Source: Candidatus Saccharimonadales bacterium
GTDB lineage: Bacteria > Patescibacteriota > Saccharimonadia > Saccharimonadales > JACQNP01
Reading direction: 5' to 3'
Assembly: GCA_046350695.1 (NCBI GenBank)
Contig: JAXLZX010000003.1
Location: 2,236-66,235 of the forward strand
Length of the DNA: 64,000 nt
The notes under the pieces were generated by a model that saw nothing but the letters and a program-made list of their open reading frames with translations, was not told the origin of the DNA and did not search any database. This document shows, piece by piece, positions 9,009-17,771 of the stretch (positions are counted from its first letter, which is position 1; each line of letters opens with the position of its first letter). Made by a program: the position numbers and the translations under genes.

Positions 9009-10820
9009 TCATCCTTCTGTCGTTACTCTTAGTACTTCTTCAATCGTAGTCTGCCCTCGGAGTGCTTTAACAAATCCATCGAGCTGCATAGTTATCATAC
9101 CTTCGTTGATTGCCTGTTCTTGAATAGATTCGCTGGTTGCTCCGCCAACGATTAGCTTTTGAATACTTTCAGAATTTGCAAGTACTTCGTATATACCAAC
9201 TCTGCCCTTGTAGCCAGTGTGGCCACAACTTTCACAGCCGTCTTCTTTAGCTTTCCAGATTCTAACTATTTTAGTATCTGTAGTGGATAATTCTTCTGTA
9301 GAAGATTTACTTTTTCCGATATTTGACTTTCCGATACCATCGCTAAGTGCAGACTCTTCGAGCATATGGGTGGTTTTCATTATTATGGCTCTATTCGTTT
9401 TAAAAATATCATCAATCTTCTTAATAGAAGTGCTATCGGGGGTTACCGATTCTCTACAATCGACACAGAGTTTTCGTACTAGACGCTGCCCAATAACTGC
9501 GCGAACAGTACTAGCAATCAGGAATGGCTCTATTTCCATATCTAGAAGTCTTGGCAAGCTTGTTGCGGCGTTATTAGTATGGAGTGTTGAAAATACTAAG
9601 TGCCCAGTAAGTGCTGCCTGCACTGCTAGTCCTGCAGTTTCACCATCACGAATCTCCCCCACCATGATAATGTTTGGATCTTGCCTTAGCAGAGCTCTAA
9701 GCCCATTTGCAAATGTCATGCCAGCTTTCGGGTTAACTTGTGTTTGATTTGCTCCAATAACTTTGTACTCGACGGGGTCTTCGACAGTAGAAATATTAAC
9801 GCTAGGCTTATTAAGTAAACTCAAAATACTAAATAAGCTCGTTGACTTACCGGAACCAGTAGGGCCGGTTACCAGAATCATTCCATGGGGCTGTTTTATT
9901 GCTGCATTGATACTCTCCAGGGCAAACCCCCAATAGCCTAGCTCTTCTAAGGTCTGCGCTTTGGAACCTTCGCTCAGAATACGCATTACAACTTTTTCGC
10001 CATCAACAATTGGTAGTGTTGAAACACGAAGGGCATGAAGTTCGCCACCGATCTGCACTTTGAATCTACCGTCTTGAGGGGCTCTACGCTCATCAATCTT
10101 TAGGTTTGCTAGAATTTTTATCCTAGAAACTAATGATCTTGACACCTTTTTAGGCAGTTTATTGGCTTCTTTCAGCATTCCATCAATTCGGTATCGCACA
10201 GAAACAAAATCTTCTCTGGGTTCTATGTGTATATCGCTGGCTCCTGATTTTACGGCGTATTCAATCAAGAGGTTAACGGTTTGAGCTATGGGAGAGTCTT
10301 CGGCTAAGTCCTCTTCATTAATCTCTATCTCTTCATCCTCTGGCTCATCCTCTGGCGTCATAACCTTTGTTAACTCAGTACTAATACTTCCTTTGTACTG
10401 ATCAAGAGCTTGTTTAATGTTCAATGATGTAGCTATGTGGACTTTTATTTTATTACCAAGCTGTTTCTGGAGGAAGTTTATTGCCTGTATATCGTCTGGG
10501 TCTTCCATAGCCAATAGCTGAGCCCCATCATCTTCTATGCCAAACAAAACAACGTTATACTGTTTGGCAATTCTTTCTGGAATCAAGTTTAAAACTTCTC
10601 GTTTGAGATCTTTAGTGTTTATATCAGTAAATGGCACATCAATCTCTTTAGCATACAACTTAGTTAGCTCTGTATCGTTGGTTAACCCTTCGTTAACCAC
10701 TATGTCTTGAAGTGGTTTTTTTTCGTTTGTGCTTTGTGATTGGAGTTTTTTTAGCTTTTCGGTAGTGACTTTTTCCGAATCAACTAAAAGCTTTTCCACC
10801 AACGAATCAGAAATACGCAT
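9009..10820 (-). CDS. pilB: type IV pilus assembly ATPase PilB (GspE family)
   Basis: 603 aa. Walker A is VTGPTGSGKST. Asp/His boxes and a tetracysteine motif (CVDC...CESCGHTGYKGR) are present, together with an N-terminal GspE_N domain. Confidence 0.9.
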   Translation of the reverse strand: MRISDSLVEKLLVDSEKVTTEKLKKLQSQSTNEKKPLQDIVVNEGLTNDTELTKLYAKEIDVPFTDINTKDLKREVLNLIPERIAKQYNVVLFGIEDDGAQLLAMEDPDDIQAINFLQKQLGNKIKVHIATSLNIKQALDQYKGSISTELTKVMTPEDEPEDEEIEINEEDLAEDSPIAQTVNLLIEYAVKSGASDIHIEPREDFVSVRYRIDGMLKEANKLPKKVSRSLVSRIKILANLKIDERRAPQDGRFKVQIGGELHALRVSTLPIVDGEKVVMRILSEGSKAQTLEELGYWGFALESINAAIKQPHGMILVTGPTGSGKSTSLFSILSLLNKPSVNISTVEDPVEYKVIGANQTQVNPKAGMTFANGLRALLRQDPNIIMVGEIRDGETAGLAVQAALTGHLVFSTLHTNNAATSLPRLLDMEIEPFLIASTVRAVIGQRLVRKLCVDCRESVTPDSTSIKKIDDIFKTNRAIIMKTTHMLEESALSDGIGKSNIGKSKSSTEELSTTDTKIVRIWKAKEDGCESCGHTGYKGRVGIYEVLANSESIQKLIVGGATSESIQEQAINEGMITMQLDGFVKALRGQTTIEEVLRVTTEG

Positions 10821-11002
10821 ATTTAGTTAGATTATACATTAATAAACATAAGCAATACATCAATTGATAAGTAAAATTAAAAAGTTTAACTAATTACAGA
10901 TGTACGTATCGAGTAAGTATGGCAATAAAAGCGTCAGCTCTTTTACGGGCAAAAAATTTTGTTTATACTGGCCGTACAGGTTTATAAACGAAGGGGAAGG
11001 TA

Positions 11003-12022
11003 GTGGCACAGGCGAAGCAATCAAAGGGTGAGGAAGAAAAGGGCGGCAAGAGCAAGGCTCTGGGATTGGCACTGGAATCAATCGAAAAACAGTTTGGCAA
11101 GGGCTCGATTATGAAGCTTGGAGAAGCACATAAAGTACAAGTCGAGTGTATTCCTACTGGTAGTGTGTCTCTTGATTTGGCTCTTGGTGGCGGTATTCCC
11201 AAAGGAAGGATAATTGAAATTTATGGACCAGAAAGCTCTGGTAAGACAACTCTAACTCTCCACGCAATTGCAGAGGTACAAAAGCAAGGGGGAACAGCAG
11301 CTTTTATTGATGCTGAGCATGCTCTAGATCCAGCCTATGCTAAGAAAATTGGTGTTGATGTTGAGAATCTACTGCTTTCGCAACCAGACAATGGCGAACA
11401 AGCTCTGGAAATTGCAGAGACATTAGTACGTTCTAATGCTGTTGATTTGGTTGTCGTAGACTCAGTTGCTGCGTTGGTGCCGCGTGCTGAAATCGAAGGA
11501 GATATGGGCGATAGCCATATGGGGTTACAGGCTCGTTTGATGAGTCAGGCGCTTCGTAAGTTGACGGGCGTAATTAACAAGTCCAAGACGACAGTGATAT
11601 TTATCAACCAAATTCGTATGAAGATTGGTGTCATGTTCGGAAATCCAGAAACGACGACAGGTGGGAATGCTCTGAAGTTTTATGCCTCGGTAAGAATGGA
11701 CATCCGTCGAATCTCACAAATTAAGCAAGGCGAAGAAATAATTGGTAATCGAACAAGGGTAAAAGTAGTAAAGAACAAAATAGCTCCTCCGTTTCGTGTC
11801 GCGGAATTCGACATCATGTACAACCAGGGTATAAGTACGTCAGGTGATGTACTTGATCTCGCTGCAGACAGGGGGATAGTTGAGAAGTCTGGCGCTTGGT
11901 ACGCTTATAACGATCAAAAAATTGGTCAGGGACGGGAAGCAACGAAGAAATATCTAGAAGAAAATCCAAAAGTCTTAGATGAAATTGCCAAAAAGGTTCA
12001 AGAATTGCCCGATAAAGAATGA
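11003..12022 (+). CDS. recA: recombinase RecA
   Basis: Full-length RecA. Motifs [19 protein letters not shown] and VVDSVAAL are present. GTG start with an AAGGGGAAGG SD. Confidence 0.97.
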   Translation: MAQAKQSKGEEEKGGKSKALGLALESIEKQFGKGSIMKLGEAHKVQVECIPTGSVSLDLALGGGIPKGRIIEIYGPESSGKTTLTLHAIAEVQKQGGTAAFIDAEHALDPAYAKKIGVDVENLLLSQPDNGEQALEIAETLVRSNAVDLVVVDSVAALVPRAEIEGDMGDSHMGLQARLMSQALRKLTGVINKSKTTVIFINQIRMKIGVMFGNPETTTGGNALKFYASVRMDIRRISQIKQGEEIIGNRTRVKVVKNKIAPPFRVAEFDIMYNQGISTSGDVLDLAADRGIVEKSGAWYAYNDQKIGQGREATKKYLEENPKVLDEIAKKVQELPDKE

Positions 12023-12028
12023 GTTGAA

Positions 12029-12445
12029 ATGATATACAGGCCAATATTGACTGTTGACGAAAAAGACAACCCTATAGGTAGCGCCTCCAAGGCAGATATA
12101 CAGCGGATGGGGCTTTGGCATCGTATTGTACAAGTAATGATTATGGATAAGCATGGGCGATATTTATTGCAGAGACGATCAAAAAACGTAAGTGTACCTG
12201 GCCTATGGAACCATTCTGCGGCAGGTCATGTAGACGAGGGAGAAGGTTATTTACAGGCAGCAGTCAGAGAGACCAAAGAAGAGTTAGGTATAGATATACA
12301 AGATTTAGTTGAGGTTGAATCGTGGCAATCTAATACAGAATCTGTGGGGGAATTAATTGTAGTAAAAGGTGGCCATCATTTGTGGAGTTCATCGCAACTG
12401 ACAGAAATACCAGAAATGGTTGAGGCGCTTAATAGAATCCTATGA
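12029..12445 (+). CDS. Nudix hydrolase
   Basis: Nudix box GHVDEGEGYLQAAVRETKEELGI. It is a paralogue of the frameshifted Nudix gene at 26483-27060. Confidence 0.7.
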   Translation: MIYRPILTVDEKDNPIGSASKADIQRMGLWHRIVQVMIMDKHGRYLLQRRSKNVSVPGLWNHSAAGHVDEGEGYLQAAVRETKEELGIDIQDLVEVESWQSNTESVGELIVVKGGHHLWSSSQLTEIPEMVEALNRIL

Positions 12446-13116
12446 GAACAGATTATGAAGTTTTTTGGATTTTCACTGCCCTATTAGTCCTATTGTGGTT
12501 TATCAGGGGCATTATAGCCCGAAAATTTAGTTTTTATTGGTTTATTGTTTGGAATATTTTCTTAGCAATTTTACCACTGTTACCTTTGCTATGTCTTGTT
12601 AGTTTGCGGCAGCCCCAACTTTTTGTTTCATTATTGCTTAGTGGGTTATTTTTATTGTTTTTGCCCAATACTTATTATCTGATAACAGATTTAATGCATT
12701 TAAACCCAGATGTATTAGTGAATGAAAGAAACAATTCAGCTAAGCCTAGTTTGAAGTATACGAGAGGTGATGCTTGGTTTGTGGTTGATGGATTCCTTTT
12801 GTTTTTAACGGTGCTTTTGTCTAGTATTGTTGGCGGATTTGCGCTAAACAGATACTACCTTTTCTTGCAAAATAACTACTCTAATATAGCAAATTTAACA
12901 ATGTTATTTGTGGTAGTTGCCTGTGCGATTGGAGTTTATATCGGCAGATATGGCAGATGGAATAGCTGGGATGTATTTATAAAACCACATAAGATAATTG
13001 TAGATTTACTTCACCTTCTGAAAGACAAAGCAGAGAGTTCAAGACTAGTAGTTTTTGTCGGCTGTATTATTGTTTTTGAGCTGTTCAGTTGGGTATTTGT
13101 TGCTAAAATAATATGA
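12442..13116 (+). CDS. DUF1361-like integral membrane protein
   Basis: 224 aa with about 6 TM helices and a VWNIFLAILPLL motif resembling DUF1361. Confidence 0.45.
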   Translation: MRTDYEVFWIFTALLVLLWFIRGIIARKFSFYWFIVWNIFLAILPLLPLLCLVSLRQPQLFVSLLLSGLFLLFLPNTYYLITDLMHLNPDVLVNERNNSAKPSLKYTRGDAWFVVDGFLLFLTVLLSSIVGGFALNRYYLFLQNNYSNIANLTMLFVVVACAIGVYIGRYGRWNSWDVFIKPHKIIVDLLHLLKDKAESSRLVVFVGCIIVFELFSWVFVAKII

Positions 13117-13709
13117 AAATTACAGATATAAAGCAACAAGTAAAACGACACGATCGTTATTCAATATATGTTGATGGAAAATATTCGTTTAGCCTTTCAG
13201 GGAGCGAGCTATTGACGCAAGGTTTGAAGATTGACCAAGAATTTAGCTCCCAAGAGTTCAAGACTATACAATCAGCTGCGCAGGCAGATAAGGCATACTC
13301 CAGGGCGATTGACCTACTTGCCAGGAGGGCTCGTTCTACATGGGAGATGGCTGAATATCTGAGACGCAAGGGCTATGAGCAAAACTTAATAGACAGAATA
13401 CTTAGCAAGTTAAGCAATAGGGGATTACTCGATGATAAGCAATTTGCCAAAAGTTGGGTTTCTAGCCGTCGCATGTTAAAACCCATAAGCCAACGTAGAT
13501 TGGTGCAGGAATTACAACAAAAGAGAATTTCACAAGATATTATTGCTGCAGTTTTGGCGGCTGATGAGATAGATGAAAAAGAAGTATTAAAACAATTAAT
13601 TGCAAAAAAACGTGGCCAATCACGATACCAAGATGAACAAAAACTTACTGCTTATCTTATGCGCCAAGGCTTCAATTATGAAGATATAAAGACCGCTATA
13701 AATGGCTAG
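13113..13709 (+). CDS. recX: RecA regulator RecX
   Basis: 198 aa with three-helix repeats and DLLARRARSTWEMAEYLRRKGY, typical of RecX. It sits in the recA neighbourhood. Confidence 0.8.
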   Translation: MKITDIKQQVKRHDRYSIYVDGKYSFSLSGSELLTQGLKIDQEFSSQEFKTIQSAAQADKAYSRAIDLLARRARSTWEMAEYLRRKGYEQNLIDRILSKLSNRGLLDDKQFAKSWVSSRRMLKPISQRRLVQELQQKRISQDIIAAVLAADEIDEKEVLKQLIAKKRGQSRYQDEQKLTAYLMRQGFNYEDIKTAING

Positions 13710-14269
13710 GCAGTAGCAGGAGCGCCGACCGGTTGATTATTATCGGCGTACACATCAGGATTATTAACAACGATTTTTTTATCAGTTATTTCAATAATCT
13801 GAGATCTATCTATGCTTAATTGACCTCCCTTAAGAGACTTCATAATTGGCTGAGTAATATACATTTTCTGGATATACATATTGTCTGAGTTTACTGAGTA
13901 ATCATTGACCTTTCCGAGAACGACACGGTGTTTTGTAACCACCTTTTTACCCAAAATATTGAAGTTTATATCTATAATTTTGCGTAGTCGCACTAAATCA
14001 CCTTCGGGCGTCATTGCATCGTGATCGTTAACAATTATCCCGTCGCCTATCACTTCCCTTATTTCTTGTGATAATAGGATAAGTTGTTTCTTGCTAAACC
14101 TATCATTACAATAAAAGCCTTCTATATGGAGGTTGTTGGGGTTGATTATCGGCCCTAGTGTCTTACCGATTTCTCCTCCGGATCTCAATGAAAGTATTGG
14201 CTTGTTTATGAACGAAACCGATAGTTGAAGCATAACTACATTATACCCTACGCGTAGAGATGACTTCAT
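13706..14269 (-). CDS. PRC-barrel domain protein (two repeats)
   Basis: 187 aa with two similar halves carrying ...ILSLRSGGEIGKT... and ...LGKVNDYSV... PRC-barrel-like patterns. Confidence 0.4.
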   Translation of the reverse strand: MKSSLRVGYNVVMLQLSVSFINKPILSLRSGGEIGKTLGPIINPNNLHIEGFYCNDRFSKKQLILLSQEIREVIGDGIIVNDHDAMTPEGDLVRLRKIIDINFNILGKKVVTKHRVVLGKVNDYSVNSDNMYIQKMYITQPIMKSLKGGQLSIDRSQIIEITDKKIVVNNPDVYADNNQPVGAPATA

Positions 14270-14365
14270 AGGAATCCTTACAAAATATCCATGTTTAAAC
14301 TGCAGTTTTAAAATGTTGCAAAAACTACATAATTATTATAAGAATGAGCACTTTCTGTTGAAGAA

Positions 14366-15838
14366 ATGGGGAGTACAATTCAAACCAATATGAAGTTGTT
14401 AAGAGGGTTAACATACTTAATCACAGCAATAATGCTAGCTGTCCCTGTTGGAATATTTGCAGAAACAGAATTGCCAAAAATCAAAATTGCAGAGGTTCAA
14501 ACAACCGGTGAAAATGGCGAGACAGACCAAGAATTTGTGGAGCTATTTAATGATTCCAACACTTCTGTTGATATTACTGATTGGAAAATGCAATATGCTT
14601 CAAGTAGTGGGACGTCTTGGCAGACGAAAGCAGTGTTCAGTGGCTTAATCTATCCTAGGGGGCGAATGTTGATTGCCAGTACTGGCTATTTAGTCGACGC
14701 TGCCGACGGAAGTTTCGCGCCGGGCTTAAAACTGGATGCCGGGCATTTGAGAATCGTAATGCCCGATCCAAGCGATAATACAAAAGTTATAGGAGTAGAT
14801 CTTTTGGGCTGGGGCGCAGCCCAAAAAGCGGAAGTTTCACCAGCCGTTTATCCGCCTGCAGGGAAGAGTCTTGCAAGAAAGGTGATAAATAACAATGATT
14901 CTTATTATCAGGATTCCGATAACAACGATGGTGATTTTGAGCTTACAGTACCTTCTCCAGTTAGTCGCAACGAAGTAACTGATCCTGAGTCAACGGTCTC
15001 GGCTGAGCCAATGACCGAAGCAATAGATGAAGAAAATGCTAAAGCACCAATTGAAGACATCGTCACCGAACAACAACTAGGCACAGAAACCTATTCAATG
15101 ATTCAAATTACTGAACTTCTACCCAACCCTGCCTCTCCCGCTACAGATGACAATGATGAGTATGTCGAGATATATAATCCAAATGATTTGCCCGTAAACC
15201 TTTCAGGTTACAGTATAGAAACTGGAAACAAATTCAGTTACAGGTATGTGTTTGGGGATAGTGAAATCGCCCCCGGTGAATATATAAGTCTGTTTAGTCG
15301 CAATACTACTCTCACACTGTCAAATACATCAGGAGTAGCTAGGGTAGTTGATCCAAATGGAGAAGTGATTTTTATTACTGATAGCTACGAAGATGCAAAA
15401 GACGGACAAGCTTGGGCATATATAAATGGAATCTGGCATTGGACAATAAATCCTACGCCAAACCTACAGAATATTTTAGCGCTCGAATCCATACAGGGTG
15501 CCGCAACTAAAAAGTCTCAACCAACAAAAAGGAAGGCTGCTAAAAAGGCTACAACTAAAAAGGCTGTAAAACAGAAGGCTGCTAAAGCAAAAAAGACGAC
15601 AAAAAAATCCCCAAGTGATAAAGATGACGGGGCTGCGCTAGGTATGACGGATGACGAAGATACTTCTGGCGGATTTTCACCACAAGCATGGATGATTGCA
15701 GGAGTTGCTATAATCGCGGTAGGATATCTATTGTATGAGTACAAAGACGACATTCGAAATAAATTCCTCCAGCTCCGTAGAAACAGAAAAACTAGGCCAG
15801 GAATTGGGGAGACTACTCAGGGGTGGGGAAGTAATTGA
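14366..15838 (+). CDS. lamin-tail-domain (LTD) surface protein with Lys-rich linker and C-terminal TM anchor
   Basis: Signal/TM segment at the N-terminus. Two LTD-like units (IAEVQTTGENGETDQEFVELFN...W and ITELLPNPASPATDDNDEYVEIYN...). A KKAAKKATTKKAVKQKAAKAKK tract and a C-terminal helix AWMIAGVAIIAVGYLLY follow. Confidence 0.65.
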   Translation: MGSTIQTNMKLLRGLTYLITAIMLAVPVGIFAETELPKIKIAEVQTTGENGETDQEFVELFNDSNTSVDITDWKMQYASSSGTSWQTKAVFSGLIYPRGRMLIASTGYLVDAADGSFAPGLKLDAGHLRIVMPDPSDNTKVIGVDLLGWGAAQKAEVSPAVYPPAGKSLARKVINNNDSYYQDSDNNDGDFELTVPSPVSRNEVTDPESTVSAEPMTEAIDEENAKAPIEDIVTEQQLGTETYSMIQITELLPNPASPATDDNDEYVEIYNPNDLPVNLSGYSIETGNKFSYRYVFGDSEIAPGEYISLFSRNTTLTLSNTSGVARVVDPNGEVIFITDSYEDAKDGQAWAYINGIWHWTINPTPNLQNILALESIQGAATKKSQPTKRKAAKKATTKKAVKQKAAKAKKTTKKSPSDKDDGAALGMTDDEDTSGGFSPQAWMIAGVAIIAVGYLLYEYKDDIRNKFLQLRRNRKTRPGIGETTQGWGSN

Positions 15839-16205
15839 ACTTTTGAGCGACCTTGGTGGTGGCAAAACTACTTTTGTGAGAGGTCTTGCTAGGGGTGTGG
15901 GTAGTAAGGACCATGTTAGTAGTCCTACTTTTAAAATCTGTAATAGCTATAAAACTGACGATGGCCTTACGATCAATCATTTTGATTTTTACAGGTTACG
16001 TGACGCTGGGTTAATAGAGTTTGAAATGCAAGATTATCTAGATGACCCTAAATCAATTATTGTGATTGAATGGGGAGGAGTAGTATCTAGCGTTATCCCA
16101 GATAAAAAAGTAGAAATCAATATAGTAAAGACGGGTGAGGGCAGGATTATTAAGTGTGAAATTCCACATGAGTTTGAATATTTAGCAAAAGGACTTAATA
16201 GTTGA
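15735..16205 (+). CDS. tsaE: tRNA t6A37 biosynthesis ATPase TsaE
   Basis: The pattern ETEKLGQELGRLLRGGEVIELLSDLGGGKTTFVRGLA is the TsaE signature. The start overlaps the preceding ORF by 104 nt. Confidence 0.85.
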   Translation: MSTKTTFEINSSSSVETEKLGQELGRLLRGGEVIELLSDLGGGKTTFVRGLARGVGSKDHVSSPTFKICNSYKTDDGLTINHFDFYRLRDAGLIEFEMQDYLDDPKSIIVIEWGGVVSSVIPDKKVEINIVKTGEGRIIKCEIPHEFEYLAKGLNS

Positions 16206-16594
16206 TGATATTGACGATTAGAACAGATAAACCAGTATCAGAAGTTGGGTTATTTGATGGCGAAGAACAGTTAGATTATTATACTTGGCAAGCACACAGG
16301 GAGCTGGCGGAGACTATTCACCAAAAGCTCGAAGACCTTCTAGTAAAGAACAACAATAAGTTATCGGACATACAGGGGGTTGTAGTATTTAAGGGGCCTG
16401 GTAGTTTTACGGGGCTTCGAATAGGGATTAGTTTGGCAAACGCTCTTGCCGCGGGTCTCGAAATTCCTATTATTGGAGAAGTTGGCGACGACTGGATTGC
16501 ATCCGGCATTAAAAAGTTAGGCGACGGCACTAATGATAAAAGCGTAGTACCTCATTATGGTGCGCCAGTACACATAACTACACCCAAGAAATAG
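16202..16594 (+). CDS. tsaB: tRNA t6A37 biosynthesis protein TsaB (short form)
   Basis: Carries the GPGSFTGLRIGISLANALA signature. At 130 aa it contains only the N-terminal ASKHA half. Confidence 0.7.
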   Translation: MMILTIRTDKPVSEVGLFDGEEQLDYYTWQAHRELAETIHQKLEDLLVKNNNKLSDIQGVVVFKGPGSFTGLRIGISLANALAAGLEIPIIGEVGDDWIASGIKKLGDGTNDKSVVPHYGAPVHITTPKK

Positions 16595-16736
16595 CCATAA
16601 AATAGTTGACATAACACGGTTATGCTAGTACTGTAAAGTAGTTAGTACTTTTAACAACAAAAAGAGGTTAAGATAAGAATAGATAAAATTCCGATTTTTG
16701 AGTTATAAATAAAAACAAATAAATCAAGGGCCAATA

Positions 16737-17603
16737 ATGTCCAGAAGAGAAAGAATTAGCGATTTTCAAACGCGCTCCGGCAGGGTTAATACCAGGCCTG
16801 TTAGTCGTAGGCAATATTCGGGAACTTCGGGAGGGCCTTCAATAGATTTTGAACCAAGCGTTAGGGGCGCGTCTCCTGTCAAGATCATTAGGGATAATGT
16901 CAAACGGACGTCGCCAAAGACACACCCAGTACAACCGAAACAAACTAAATCATATGTACTTAGGCGTAACGGACTAAAGAAATTACCAACATTTAAGCCA
17001 CAAAAACCTTCGAGACGTCGAGTTCTTGTTAAGTATGGTGCTGCTTTAGTTGTGATGTTCCTAATAGTTATCTCGCCATTTTTACTATACAAAAACTTTC
17101 ATAGCAAAACTGACGGCGTTGTTATGGGTGTTAAGAAGTTAATCGATAGTAGTTATTCTAATCCTCGATATTTGATTGCTAGTGGTATGATGGATGTTCC
17201 TGCAAAGATTGAAATAGTTGGTAGTATTGATAATTATAATCGTGCACTACAGGACACCAATAAATTAGGTTGGTATGAAAAAAGTTCAAAACCTGGAGAA
17301 GACGGTGTCATGGTGTTCGTTGGATATGTCTCTGGAGAAGGTAATACTGGAGCCTTGAGAGAAATAAAAGCCTTGAAATCAGAAGATTTTATACAGATTG
17401 AAACTGGCGATGGCAGGATTTTAAGATTTAAGGTTAAGAATATATCAACGCGCGATACTAATGAAACAAATTTTGATGATTTATTAAAACCGACCAATGA
17501 CCAAGATAAAGAAGCGATTAATATTATCACGTATAGCGATATAGATGGTTCCGACAAGGAACTCGCAGCTAAGCGTTACGTGGTTTATGCTGTGAAAGAA
17601 TAA
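16737..17603 (+). CDS. membrane-anchored sortase-fold protein lacking catalytic His and Cys
   Basis: Basic N-terminal tail, one TM helix and a C-terminal domain that aligns to the active sortase at 48035-48634. GVMVFVGYV aligns with GVTFIYGHN, and INIITYSD with LALQTCSG. The Arg is retained (KRYVVYA vs NRTIYVF). Confidence 0.45.
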   Translation: MSRRERISDFQTRSGRVNTRPVSRRQYSGTSGGPSIDFEPSVRGASPVKIIRDNVKRTSPKTHPVQPKQTKSYVLRRNGLKKLPTFKPQKPSRRRVLVKYGAALVVMFLIVISPFLLYKNFHSKTDGVVMGVKKLIDSSYSNPRYLIASGMMDVPAKIEIVGSIDNYNRALQDTNKLGWYEKSSKPGEDGVMVFVGYVSGEGNTGALREIKALKSEDFIQIETGDGRILRFKVKNISTRDTNETNFDDLLKPTNDQDKEAINIITYSDIDGSDKELAAKRYVVYAVKE

Positions 17604-17771
17604 ATTGACCTCTAGTAATAAATGAGCGTATAGTAATTATTAGGATTATTTGCAGGTTTTTGAGGGCAGAATCCGATTTTGATTTTAATTTTCGATATTC
17701 AGATTATTGTTTCAACTAATGAAGTGATAGTGATTGTTGTATAGTAATCTGCACCGATAGAAAGGAATGAC

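Noticed and set aside
10890-11202. Two minus-strand ORFs (63 aa and 79 aa) across the recA promoter and start.
   Set aside because: They overlap the recA 5' end and promoter, have Pro/Ser-rich nonsense-like translations, and have no start context.
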